This document shows, in pieces, positions 39,300 through 50,300 of a stretch of 64,000 bases of DNA (position 1 is its first letter; each line of letters opens with the position of its first letter). The translations under genes were made by a program, and so were the position numbers. Source of the DNA: Heterodontus francisci (taxonomy: Eukaryota); the NCBI RefSeq assembly GCF_036365525.1, contig NC_090392.1, forward strand, positions 57,971,247 to 58,035,246, written 5' to 3'. The notes beneath the pieces were generated by a model, which was not told where the DNA came from, ran no database searches, and saw nothing but the letters and a program-made list of their open reading frames with translations.

Positions 39300-40561
39300 T
39301 CTAATTGTAAAATTCTAACTATGTCCTGTTCCATCTACAACCAGGACATTGATTATCATCACCACACATTGTAAATACTGTTACGACCAGCTCAGAAAGG
39401 TCGTAACAGAAAGGGGACCCTCTCAGCCTTCATCTGGTCTTATCGTAACACGGTTTAATTTTAAACACAGCTTGTTTTTAACTCCCCCCTTGGTGAATCC
39501 TTGTTCACCACTTTCCAATTATAAGGCAAAGAAACCAGCACAAACAGGCTTTCTTAGGTTTAAAGAAGAAAGATTGAAATTTACTAAACTTAAGCTTAAA
39601 CTCTAATTCCTTTGCCTCCTACGGATACACAATGTGCCCACACTAGCATGCATACGCGATGCACACATGCAAATAGAGACAGAAAAGAGCAGAAGAAAAA
39701 TAAAATGGAAAGGTTTAAGGCAATAGCTGAAGAATTTTTGTTACAGTTCTTCGAGCTCACTGTAGAGTCCTTGATTGTAGGTAGATCCTGCTTTTCATTG
39801 GGGCCCAGTATTTTTCTTAAACTTTGTTTGCTGTAGGAGACTTTTCTCTCTTGGGGTTCATGTGTCTTCAGTCGATTCAGAGGCTTGTGAGAAAGAGATG
39901 GAAGCAGACAGGAGAGATCTTCTCAGTCCAGGAGCAAACAGCCACTCTCTGTTCAAACTGTTTGTACAATTCAGAAAAACCCAAGTTGCCAAGCAAGTTA
40001 GTCATGTGACTAACTGGTCTGACCACGTCTTAGTTCGTATCACCTTAGCAGTCTCTGGAATGCTCCTCTTACACACAATACCTGATGATCAAGGACTATT
40101 GTGGGTTGAATGTGTCAGGGAATGGTCCTTTGTCCTTCCAAGCGCCAACTGTTAATAAGCAAATGTCTTTTCCAGCCACAGCTGATCTGTTTAACAAGTC
40201 CTTTCTTCACTCCAGTAACAGTTTAAAATCAATGTTCATGATAAAATTAAAGTGCCTCATTCATGACAGGTGGGGGCCGAGCATGACAATATAATGAGGT
40301 TTGGATATAAACAGGATCACATTTCAACAATCCAACACAGCTGCTAGAAACACTTCAATGTCAGAAATGTAGTTCATGCAATTTCCCTTTAAGATAGATT
40401 GATGCAGAATTGTTAGTTGTTATGTCATGGTCAAAGTAAAGTCCCTGTACCAGTCTGTGTGGATCCAGTTAGTATATTTAAATATACAGTTCAATGTGAT
40501 GAACTGAAATCTCAAGACCACCAACTAGACGCGATAAAAACACTGCCCCAATAAGGGACAC
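39300..40561 (-). pseudogene. Decayed paralogous V exon (copy 2), split by a solo LTR
   Basis: Duplicate of 37270-37626; reads ITLNCIFKYTNWIHTDWYRD. LTR at 39379-40288 lies inside it. 3' end approximate. Confidence 0.7.
39379..40288 (-). mobile_element. Gypsy solo LTR
   Basis: TGTTAC...ATGACA termini, imperfect 4-bp TSD (ATAC/ATAT), absent from the duplicate at ~37350, related to the LTR at 58339. Confidence 0.88.
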
Positions 40562-40768
40562 CTAATGGAATAAAGTATCTCCTCTGATGAGCATAACCTG
40601 AGACCTAATGACACACTTTTACCTGTGGTATTATAAAGAAAACCATATCAACAAAATGAGAGAAGAAACAAGGAACATCATGAGCACATGGGGTGGGGTT
40701 GGGGGTGGTGGTGGTGGGGGGTGATGGGGACAACCGGGTTTGGGGAGCGGTGGTAGTTTGGTGGTGGG

Positions 40769-43700
40769 GGGTAGAATTTTAACTTGGAAGAGCATGAGGG
40801 TTTGAGTGCAGGTGAAGTTTAAAACCAGCAAAAATGTGAGCACGTCCAGAAGCCAGCTCCAACCTGCCAACTTCCACATTTGACTCGAGCACGTGAGGCA
40901 ACTTACACATAACCCTCTTGGGAGTATTGAGTTACCTATTAACATTTGGTAATCCACCAATTGAAGTGAGACTTCAACTCACGTTCAAATTTAATGGTGC
41001 ATCCATGCATTGCCTGATCTTCCTGAAACTCAGCATTGAAAACAAAGTGAGAACGCAACAGCAATTGAAGGGGGTGTTTAAAACTCATGAAAATACTACA
41101 ATGAATAATTAGTACTCACAACTGCTTTCTTACCTACTCGTCAGAAAGGGTTTGCTCACAGCAATTTTGCTAAGAGTTTTCTTTCTACACATTGGGGGGG
41201 TTTTCTGAATTCCATCAGGCTGGCACCTCAGCAACTTTAGATTAGACCTCAGACAGGGAGCAATATTAGGAGCATGCTGTTAAGAGACAGCATCTAGACA
41301 TCAGAGAGGGGAGCAGCAGAGGGGTGCTGCTTTCAGGAGGCACTAACCACAACACAGAGTTTACAGGAAGAGGCTGGGTTTCATTGACATAACAGAGCAG
41401 CAATGCTTGAGGAAACTCAGGTTCTCATGTCAGGTGGTCTCAGACAGCTGCAGCCTCCTGGAAGAAGACTTGCTTCTGCTGGACCTGGTGGCCACACTTT
41501 ACCAGTGGTTGTGAAAGTTGTCACTGCGCTCACCATTTTTGCCTCTGGATTCTTCTTGGGCTTTGCTGGGGACACAACCAGGATGTCTCAGTCAATGGTC
41601 CACAGATGTATGACAGAGGTGACTAATAGGTTGTTTGCCAGGGCTGGGAGGTATCTGAATTTCACTTGTGATGACATCGGTCAGGTTTTCATGTCTGTCT
41701 GGCTTTCCATGGAAGCAGTGTGTCATTGACTACACACATGTGGCAATCCAGGCACCCCCACATCAACCAGGAATATTCATCAACTGCAAGGGTTTCCATT
41801 CCATCAATGTGCAGCTGGTGTCCAACCACAAAAAGTGATTTCTGCAGGTTGTGGGCAAGATACATGGGGAGCTGCCATGATGCTTTCACACTGCGGTGGT
41901 CCAAATTCCTTAACTTCTTTGGAGCTGGAAGCAGGCATGAGGGGTGGCTGCTGGGAGACAAAGGATACCCACTTCAAACTTAGCTGATGATGCCCATCAG
42001 AAATCCGACCAATGAAGCCCAAAAGTGCTACAATGAATGCCATATGACCACCAGATGTGTGATCAAATAAGCCATTAGCATGCTGAAGTTGTGCTTCAGA
42101 TGCCTAGACAGACCCTTCAATCCACACCAGCCAGGATATGCAAAATGGTCATGATGTGCTGCATTCTGCACAACATCGTTCTTCAGCAAGGTTTGGTCCC
42201 ACAGGAGGAACAAGTCACAGAGCAAAGGAACATAGGAACATAGCAGATCATTGGCAGATGATTTGGAGTACGAGGAAGATGAGGAGGAAGGTGATGAGGG
42301 AAATGCAGCACCAGCTTCTCACATTGCTGTCTGGGATTTTGGTGATGCCCTTATTACTGCAAGGTTTATTTAGGTTGCATCTATGGACCAATATCAGAAC
42401 TACATGGAATGGCCACTCTCTGGACAACTGCCACCACCCCCATGCTACTGAGATAAAGCAGTCCTGCAAACAACCAACCACCCCTTACACATTCACCTAT
42501 TGGTCACTGTCTATTCAAGTCTTCCCATTGATTATCAAGCAAGTTGAAAGGCAACTTGCTACCGAGCAACCAAGAAAGGGCAGGATGGGAAAGCATTGGA
42601 AAATAATAATCTTCATGTGATTGAATTAAAGAACACATACATAACATTTTCTCATTCATCCATGTGCATTCTCTTTATGACTATAAAAATTCACTCTTCC
42701 ATTTCCTGCTGTTCCTATGTGGTGCAACCCCTGTCGTTTCAGCACAGGTAGAGGCAGGCTGCTCAGATCCCTGATCTGACTGCTCCGCTACTCCTGGCCT
42801 ATGACCTCTGGGTTTTAGAGCCTGTGAAGGCCCTGCCAAAGATTGCCCCACTTGCTCCATTATAGGGGCAGACTTGACCATCAGGATGAGGCAGCATGTC
42901 GGCTACTGACTGGAGGGGAGCAATAAGTGAGAAGTAGAAATGTTTTTAGTGGAGTCCCCACTTCTATGTCACCTTTTGCCATCATCACTGCTACCACTGT
43001 GCTGGAGAACACTCTGATGCAGGTCAGTGCAGCACTGTAAGGCCAAAGTTAAGGTAGCTGTTTGAGATGGCATGATGTTGGCATCCAGACTGTGCACAAC
43101 CCCGGTCAATGCATCCACTCATTTGATTGTTGCATTTGATGATCCATGGAGTTGGCCACTCTATCCAGACAAGAACACATCATTGCAATGCCCTGCAACA
43201 TTAACCCACTCATGCTTGAGGTGGACTTCTCGACTCTCTCTGTGATCATGGTCAGTGCGCTTGGAAGGCCTGTCAGGACATCACACATTCTCTGTTGCTG
43301 CTCAATGCTTATTCTTTTTATTGATGGCCCCCTGGATATTGGATCTGCATCCAGCTGAGCAGAGCTTGGAGACGGCTGAACCCTCTGCAAGCGAACTTTC
43401 CAAAGCTGTGCCAATCATCACCATCTGCTCTTGCTCACTTGTGAAGTGTGAAACCCCAGTTGAAAACCCAATTATCTGTCTTAATGAAATATGAGTATCT
43501 GTGCTGAGATAGCAGATGGATAGCTGGGAATTTGAGCAAGTGCATAGGAAGCGAAGGATGTGTTCGCTTGCAAGGTAAGTAGATTTGATGTGATGGAGAA
43601 TGCTTGACAAGGCAGACTTGGGGTGCTGCTAACAGCAGGATGTCGGTGAATATGCAACTGATTCACATTTTCTGACCTGGTTATGGCATTAAAACACTTT

Positions 43701-44120
43701 CTGTATTGAAGCCAGGAGTGCAGCACAATTCTGATCTCCTGGGCCACCTTCAGCCACACCTTCTTTATGACAGCAGTAGGTTTCTTCCTCAGGCTGCTGG
43801 CACAGCACATCTCTCATTTGTTGGTCACAGCCCCCAGCAATACATCAAGGGAGGCATCACTGAAGCAGGACACAGCCTTTGAGCATCCTGAATCCATTGT
43901 CACAACTTAACTTCAGTTGTTTCAAGCTCTTAACACCTCTGAATTGCACTTTTGGACTGGCCGTCCAAATACTAGAGTTAAGATTGCATCATGTGTGTCT
44001 TCATCACAGAAGCTGCCATGCAATCAACACTAAACTGGAAGTAAAATAATAATGAGCTGGCTGTGTTAAAGTGCCACTGACAGATGCATTGAACTTACTT
44101 TGGGATTTCCCACATGATAT
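40769..44120. mobile_element. Decayed autonomous-type PIF/Harbinger transposon (nuclease on +, Myb/SANT gene on -); truncated duplicate at ~37794-38415
   Basis: HARBI1-like VVVKVVTALTIFASG, GSCHDAF and LLGDKGYP. Myb-like KKVWLKVAQEI..WLQYRKCFN on -. Right end approximate. Confidence 0.85.
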
Positions 44121-44282
44121 CAGGATTTTTTTTCCGTTGAAGCAAGGAGGCTGAGGGAGATTTATTTGATAGATTGATAGGAAGGACCTATTTCCATTAG
44201 CAGAGAGGTCTATAACCAGGGGGGTGTAGATTTATAGTAATTGTTGGAAGGAATAGAGGGGAGTTTATTTATTTATTTTTAT

Positions 44283-44623
44283 TTAGAGATACAGCACTGA
44301 AACAGGCCCTTCGGCCCACCGAGTCTGTGCCGACCATCAACCACCCATTTATACTAATTCTACACTAATCCCATATTCCTACCACATCCCCACCTGTCCC
44401 TATATTTCCCTACCAAAAACCTATACTAGGAGCAATTTACAATGGCCAATTTACCTATCAACCTGCAAGTCTTTGGCATGTGGGAGGAAACCGGAGCACC
44501 CGGAGGAAACCCACGCAGACACAGGGAGAACTTGCAAACTCCGCACAGGCAGTACCCAGAATTGAACCTGGGTCGCTGGAGCTGTGAGGCTGCGGTGATA
44601 ACCACTGTGCCACTGTGCCGCCC
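44283..44623 (-). mobile_element. HE1/V-type SINE nested in a plus-strand CR1 3' fragment (~44135-44870)
   Basis: Full-length SINE; the flanks are CR1 3'-end sequence. Confidence 0.9.
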
Positions 44624-45469
44624 ATGATGTTGAGAAGTTTTTTTCACCCAGAGGGTGGTGGTGGTCTGGAACTCACTGCCTGAAAGGGTTGTAGAGGCAG
44701 AAATCCTCATCGCATTCAAAAAACCACTTGGATGTGCACTTGAGGTGCCTTAACCTACAGGGCTATGGACCAAGTGCTGGATGTTGGGATTAGGCTGGAT
44801 AGCTGGATAGCTGTTTTCCGGACAGCACAGACATGATGGGCCAAATGGTCTCCTTATGTGCCATAAATCTTTCTACCTTTCCATATTTCTATGGGACATC
44901 CCCCACTCCCAACATGCTTCTGAGTTAACATTAAGGCCCGAGCGTTTAAGTGAATTTTATAGTATATGATCTCAATACGGAAACTAAATCATTGTTATAA
45001 CATGACATGTTAGAAGTTAAGTAATAAACTAGTATACATTTTCACCATAAAAATTCTATACAGCTGCAAAATGTTACATTTTGAACTGTTGTATGTTTGT
45101 TTGGTACAAACATTGTGAACATTATGGATTTCAGTGCCCAATCCTCCTTCTGAACTTCAATCCACAAGAAGATTCCAGCAAAATCTGCACACTATAAAAG
45201 TTGGGCAAAGCTGTAATATATATTAGTAAGGAATTTTTGCATTACTTTATTCTATTTAAGCATGAAGCATTTAAGGACCTAAGTGGAAACTTTGTATCAA
45301 AATAATACATTTAAATTATATTAATTACCATAGAATTTTATTTGTATGATTCAATAGTGTTACTCTTAACTGTTTAGCATTCAGCATTAGCAAACATTTT
45401 CAGTAAGTCGGAATCGGAATCAGATCTATAATAGAGATTGGATTAAAGGAGTTTAATCACAGCACTAAC

Positions 45470-45527
45470 CTGCTACACAATTCCATGTTAGAAGGAACAC
45501 CATCAGCTGCAGTAACATGCTCTCCAT
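45470..45527 (-). CDS. Signal-peptide (leader) exon MESMLLQLMVFLLTWNCVA(G)
   Basis: ATG at 45527, 19 codons with a hydrophobic core ending CVA-G, phase-1 donor G|gttagt at 45470/45469. Confidence 0.7.
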
Positions 45528-46199
45528 TCGATGTCCAGTTAGAGCTGTTCAGTTTATTTTTATCCAAAATATCTTATTTATGCACAATTCCTTAGTATGT
45601 AATCCTGTATCATGAATGGTGTCTCCTCCTCAGACTGTACTTATTTCAGTGTAAGAGTTTGAAGTGACAGATCTGAACACTTTAATCAACTAGGTTTGAT
45701 GAAGGGAGGAAGGAAATGCATGCGTTTCTTTGGGGTGTGGTGATGATTTGTAACTAGCCCATATAGTGTGGTGGAAATATTCAAGATACAGCTTCTACAC
45801 AGAAACCACTGATTTTGTGTGGACTGATTCATTGTCCATTGAATCAGAGTAATAGTAAACCATTTGGGTGAATTAATTTATTTGCATAGAATTAATTTTA
45901 AAAACTGACATTTATTTTATACCTTTTTTCTATCATGAAACAGTAATCAGGCAAAAATATTCTTCAATCACCTGCCTGTTATTGCTAACTAATAATTAGT
46001 CTGCTTCTAAAGACTCCCCCAGGAAACGCTCGATGAGAGAAGACAAAGATCCATCTCATTTGTCTTCCACCCTCATGGTTGTCATGTGAAATAGCAGTAA
46101 TGGAGTTTTGACTAATCATGAAAAAGAATCTTTATCAATTAGTCTACAACAGACCCAGACAGGAGGCAGAGACCACCCCCCACCCCAGCGGTGGAAAGC

Positions 46200-46960
46200 T
46201 TTGAGAATCATAGGTTGTGTTTCTTTTCCCCCAACCGAGGATTCCCTTCCACTGTGGTTGATAGGGCTCTCAACCGTGTCCGTCCCATTTCCTGCATTTC
46301 TGCTCTGACCTCTTCCCCTCCCTCCCAGAACTACATTAGGATTCCCGTTGTCTTCACCTTCTACTCCACCAGCCTTCACGTTCAATGGATCATCCTCCGC
46401 CATTTCTGCCCCCTCCAGCACGATGCCAGCACCAAACCCATCTTACTCTTTCCTCCTTTTTTAGCAGTTGAAAGGGACCATTCCCTGTGTGACACTCTGG
46501 TTCATGCTTCATTACCTCCAACAGCAACCCCCCTTGCCATGCTACCTTCTTGTGGATATCATGCTGGCGATGTAACCCCTGCATTTTTATCTCCTCCCTT
46601 CACACTGTCCAGGGTTCCAAACACTCCTTTCATCTGAAACAGTAATTTACTTGTACTGCTTTCAATTTAGTATACTGTATTTGTTGCCCACGATGTGGTC
46701 TCCAATACAATGGGGAGACCAAAGGTAGATTGAGTGATTGCTTTGCAGAACACCTCTATTCAGTGCAAAAGCTTCTAGTCTCTTGTCATTTTTTAGTTCT
46801 CTGCCCAACTCCCACTCTGACCTCTCTATCCTCGACCTCCTACGCTATTCTAATGAAGCTCAATGGAAACTCAGGGAACAGTACCTCAATTTTCTACTTA
46901 GCATTTTACAGCCTTCCAGACTCAACACTGAGTTTGACAATTTCAAGTCATAATCACTGC
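46200..46960 (+). mobile_element. Penelope-like element fragment (GIY-YIG)
   Basis: NLVYCICCPRCGLQYNGETKGRLSDCFAEH at ~46664-46752. Confidence 0.8.
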
Positions 46961-46984
46961 TCCCAATGTTTTGGACTGTTTTCT

Positions 46985-48370
46985 GGAACTCACCAGTGAA
47001 AGCAAGGCAAGAACACAGTGACAATTGAGGAGGCTGAAGACATGACAGGGAAATATTCCACTGAGCACTCAGTACTCAAAGCTGCTTTCTTATCTGCTTG
47101 TGGGGGAAGAGTTTGTTCATAGTGCTTCTATTCAGAGGGAAGTCTAAACACACTTTTGAGGTGTCATCGATGCTTTGGAGGTTTGGAGGTCTGATCTGCA
47201 CTTGGGAGTTCTGATCTATCAGATCCTCATGGGCGCTGCTAACGCTACCTTATATTGAACATCAGATGAGGATGAAGATGACCAACACCAGCAGCAGCAC
47301 CAGTAACAAGGCGCTGTCTACAGATCTGTAGCTTCACAGAAGAGAGAGAAGCATCAAAGAGGTGCAGCTCACAGGAGGCCATTCCTGGCACACAGGCTCT
47401 ACAGGCAGAGGATAAGCTTCCTCGACATGCCTGAACACCAGTGTCTCAGGAGGCTCAGGGAGTTGTCTCAAACAGTGGCAGACATTCATTACCTACTGGA
47501 ACAAGACCTGTGCCAACTGAACCTGGTGATCATCCTTTACTAGTGGCTGCCAAAGCCATCACTGCCCTATTTTGCCTCTGAATCCTTCCAGGGATCTGCA
47601 GAAGATATTTGCAGGATCTTGCAGTTGGTGGCCCACAAATGCACAGGTCACTGATCTATTGGCCAGGACCAACAAATATGTCTGCAATTACACCAGTCAC
47701 AATGAGTGGATGCTCAGGTTTGTGGCTTTAGCTGTCTTCCCAAAGGTGCAGGGCATCATCAATTGTGCACTCCCAGATCACCCAGGAGTCTTCATCCACC
47801 GTAAGGGCTTCTACTTCATTGATGTACAGCTGGTGTGCAACCACAGAAAGATTTTTATGTAAGTGTACATAAAATTCTGGGGGAGTTGTCATGATGCTTT
47901 CGTCCTGCAACAGCCCGCCCTCCCTGATCTCTTCGGACCTCAAAGCTGACTTACTGCTTGGAAACAAAAGTTACCCACTTAACAATGGCACCTCTCAGAA
48001 ACCTGGGGAATGAGGCCCAGGAGTGGGCGGGGAGTAATATAATGAACGGCATATCTTCACTGGATGTGTCATCGAACAAACCATCAGCATGCTGAAGATG
48101 TGCTTCAGGTGCCTGGGCAGATCAGGAGGTGCCCTACTGTACGCACCAGCCAGGGTCTCCAGAATGGTTGTTGTGTGCTGTGCTCTGCAATACATTACAC
48201 AGTAGTAAGGATTGGACCTGCAGGAGGAACATGATGCACAGAGCTTGTTCAGAGAATTATGAGGAGGAAGAGAAAGAGGAGGAATACGAAGCGGCAGAAG
48301 GTGATGTGGGAATATCACCAGCGGCGCAGGTTGCTGCCTGGGATGCCCTCATTATTGCAAGGTTTTCACA
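46985..48370 (+). mobile_element. Harbinger nuclease remnant
   Basis: FPKVQGIINC..RKGFYFIDVQLVCNH, GSCHDAF and IEQTISMLKMCFRCL. Confidence 0.85.
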
Positions 48371-48374
48371 TGTA

Positions 48375-48975
48375 CGCTAACAACACCCAGCTTGACCCCT
48401 CCACTATCTGCAAATTGTCAAACTGCTTTTCAAACATCCAGTACTGGATAAGCAGAAATTTTCTTCAACTAAATATTAGGAATATCGAAGTCCCTGTCAC
48501 AAATTCTGTTCTCTAGCCACCAACACCACTCCTCTCCCTGGGAGGTATCTGAGGTTGAACCAGTCTTTTCGCAACCTTGGTGTCATATTTGACCCCGAGA
48601 TGAGCTTCCGACCTCTAATCTGCGCCATCACTAAGACTGCCTATTTCCAAGTCTGAAACATCACCGACTCTGACCCTGCCTCAACTCATCTGCTGCTGAA
48701 ACCCTCATCCATGCCTTTGTTACCTCTGCATATGACTATTCCAGTACACTCCTGGCCAGCCTTCCATGTTGTACCCTCCATAAGCTTGAGGTCATACAAA
48801 ACTGCTGCCCATGTCCTAAATCTCACAAAGTCCGGTTCACCTATCACTCCTGTGCTCTCTGACCTACATTGGCTCCTGGTCAAACCACACTTTGATTTTA
48901 AAGTTCTCATCCTTGTGTTCAAATCCCTTCATGGCCTCATGCCTCCCGATCTCTGTTATCTCCTCCAACCCCATA
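48375..48975 (+). mobile_element. L2-like LINE 3' fragment
   Basis: ITPVLSDLHWL..FKVLILVFKSLHGL. Confidence 0.8.
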
Positions 48976-49958
48976 GGTGAGGTTAGAGTACTTCCCTTGA
49001 CATCAAAGCAGCATTTGACCGAGTGTGGCATCAAGAAGCCCGAGAAAACTGAAGCCAATGGGAATCAGGGGAAAATTCTCCATTGGTTGGAGTCATGCCT
49101 AGTATAAAGGAAGATGGTTCTGGTTGTTGGAGCCCAATTATCTCAGCCCCAGGATATCACTGCTGGAGTTCCTCAGGGTAGTGTCCTAGGCCTAACCACC
49201 TTCAGCTGCTTCATCAATGATCTTCCCTCCATCATAAGATCAGAAATGGGGATGTTCACTGATGATTGTACAGTATTCAGTGCCATTCACAGCTGTTCAG
49301 ATACTGAAGCAGTCTGTGCCCACATGCAGATGAGTGGCTTCAAAGTCTGGGTTTATTTACTTTTTAAACATTATTTGTGTGCTTGCATGATCCTGATGTT
49401 CTGATAAAAGAGTGGATGAGGAAATATGCTCCTGACCAGTACATATGGAAGTGGATGGACATGGAAATTGGGTCCTTGCTCTTCTTATTACGTATATGTA
49501 CTTAATATCCAGTGTAACATTGCCAAGATAATCAGTCTGAACTCTGCTTGCGGTATATCATTTATGGTAGTGGATTCAGCAATGTGAATTGTTCTGCCGA
49601 GCACTGAACAGCTTGCTTTGATTTGGGCTTCTGTTACACCACCATCTGGTGCACAACTTGTGCAATTACCTGTGTTTTTACATTATTGCAGGTCAGGCTG
49701 GAGTTAAACCAACTGCTGGTCATATTATATGGATAATTACATTCTCAATCTATGGCCTACAAGAAGATACAGCTTAAATGATCTGCTCAAGCCTCCATCC
49801 TGAGATCAGATAACAAAACAGCCTTTTCAATGAAATCGGACTTGCGGTTTCAATTCTTTTGTTAGATATGCTTGCTTAGAACAAAAGAGAAAGATGCAAA
49901 TTTGTTTCTCAGCAGATGACACTGGGACAACACACTGTTGTCTTTATGGATCAGTTAT

Positions 49959-50300
49959 GGGCGGCACAGTGGCGCAGTGGTTAGCACCGCAGCCTCACAA
50001 CTCCAGCGACCCGGGTTCAATTCTGGGTTGCTGCCTGTGTGGAGTTTGCAAGTTCTCCCTGTGTCTGCGTGGGTTTCCTCCAGGTGCTCTGGTTTCCTCC
50101 CACATCCCAAAGACTTGCAGGTTGTTAGGTAAATTGGCCATTATAAATTGCCCCTAGTAGAGGTAGCTGGTAGGGAACTATAGGGACAGGTGGGGATGTG
50201 GTAGGAATATGGAATTAGTGTAGAATTAGTATAAATGGGTGGTTGATGGTCGGCACAGACTCGGTGGGCCGAAGGGCCTGTTTCAGTGCTGTATCTCTAA
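49959..50300 (+). mobile_element. HE1/V-type SINE
   Basis: Full-length match with an A-rich tail. Confidence 0.9.

Larger units (their letters stand above)
32063..41380. repeat. Local tandem duplication (copy 1 ~32063-38415 including a later CR1 insertion; copy 2 ~38422-41380 including a later LTR)
   Basis: 32063-32510 matches 38422-38860 and 36870-38415 matches 38882-41380 (minus the LTR), across unique sequence and TE junctions. Confidence 0.9.
12022..45527 (-). pseudogene. IgSF type I membrane receptor gene (L-VJ-C1-C2/I-TM-cyt), probably inactivated in this haplotype
   Basis: Seven exons with GT-AG boundaries and compatible phases (1-1 for L/Ig/TM, then 1-2 and 2-end) give signal peptide, V, C1, C2/I, TM and cytoplasmic tail. 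A SINE in the V exon introduces TAG, and there is an in-frame TGA at 12298-12300. Linking the leader across ~19 kb is inferred. Confidence 0.75.

Noticed and set aside
49959-50030. tRNA-like A/B boxes in SINE heads
   Set aside because: These are tRNA-derived SINE promoters, not tRNA genes.
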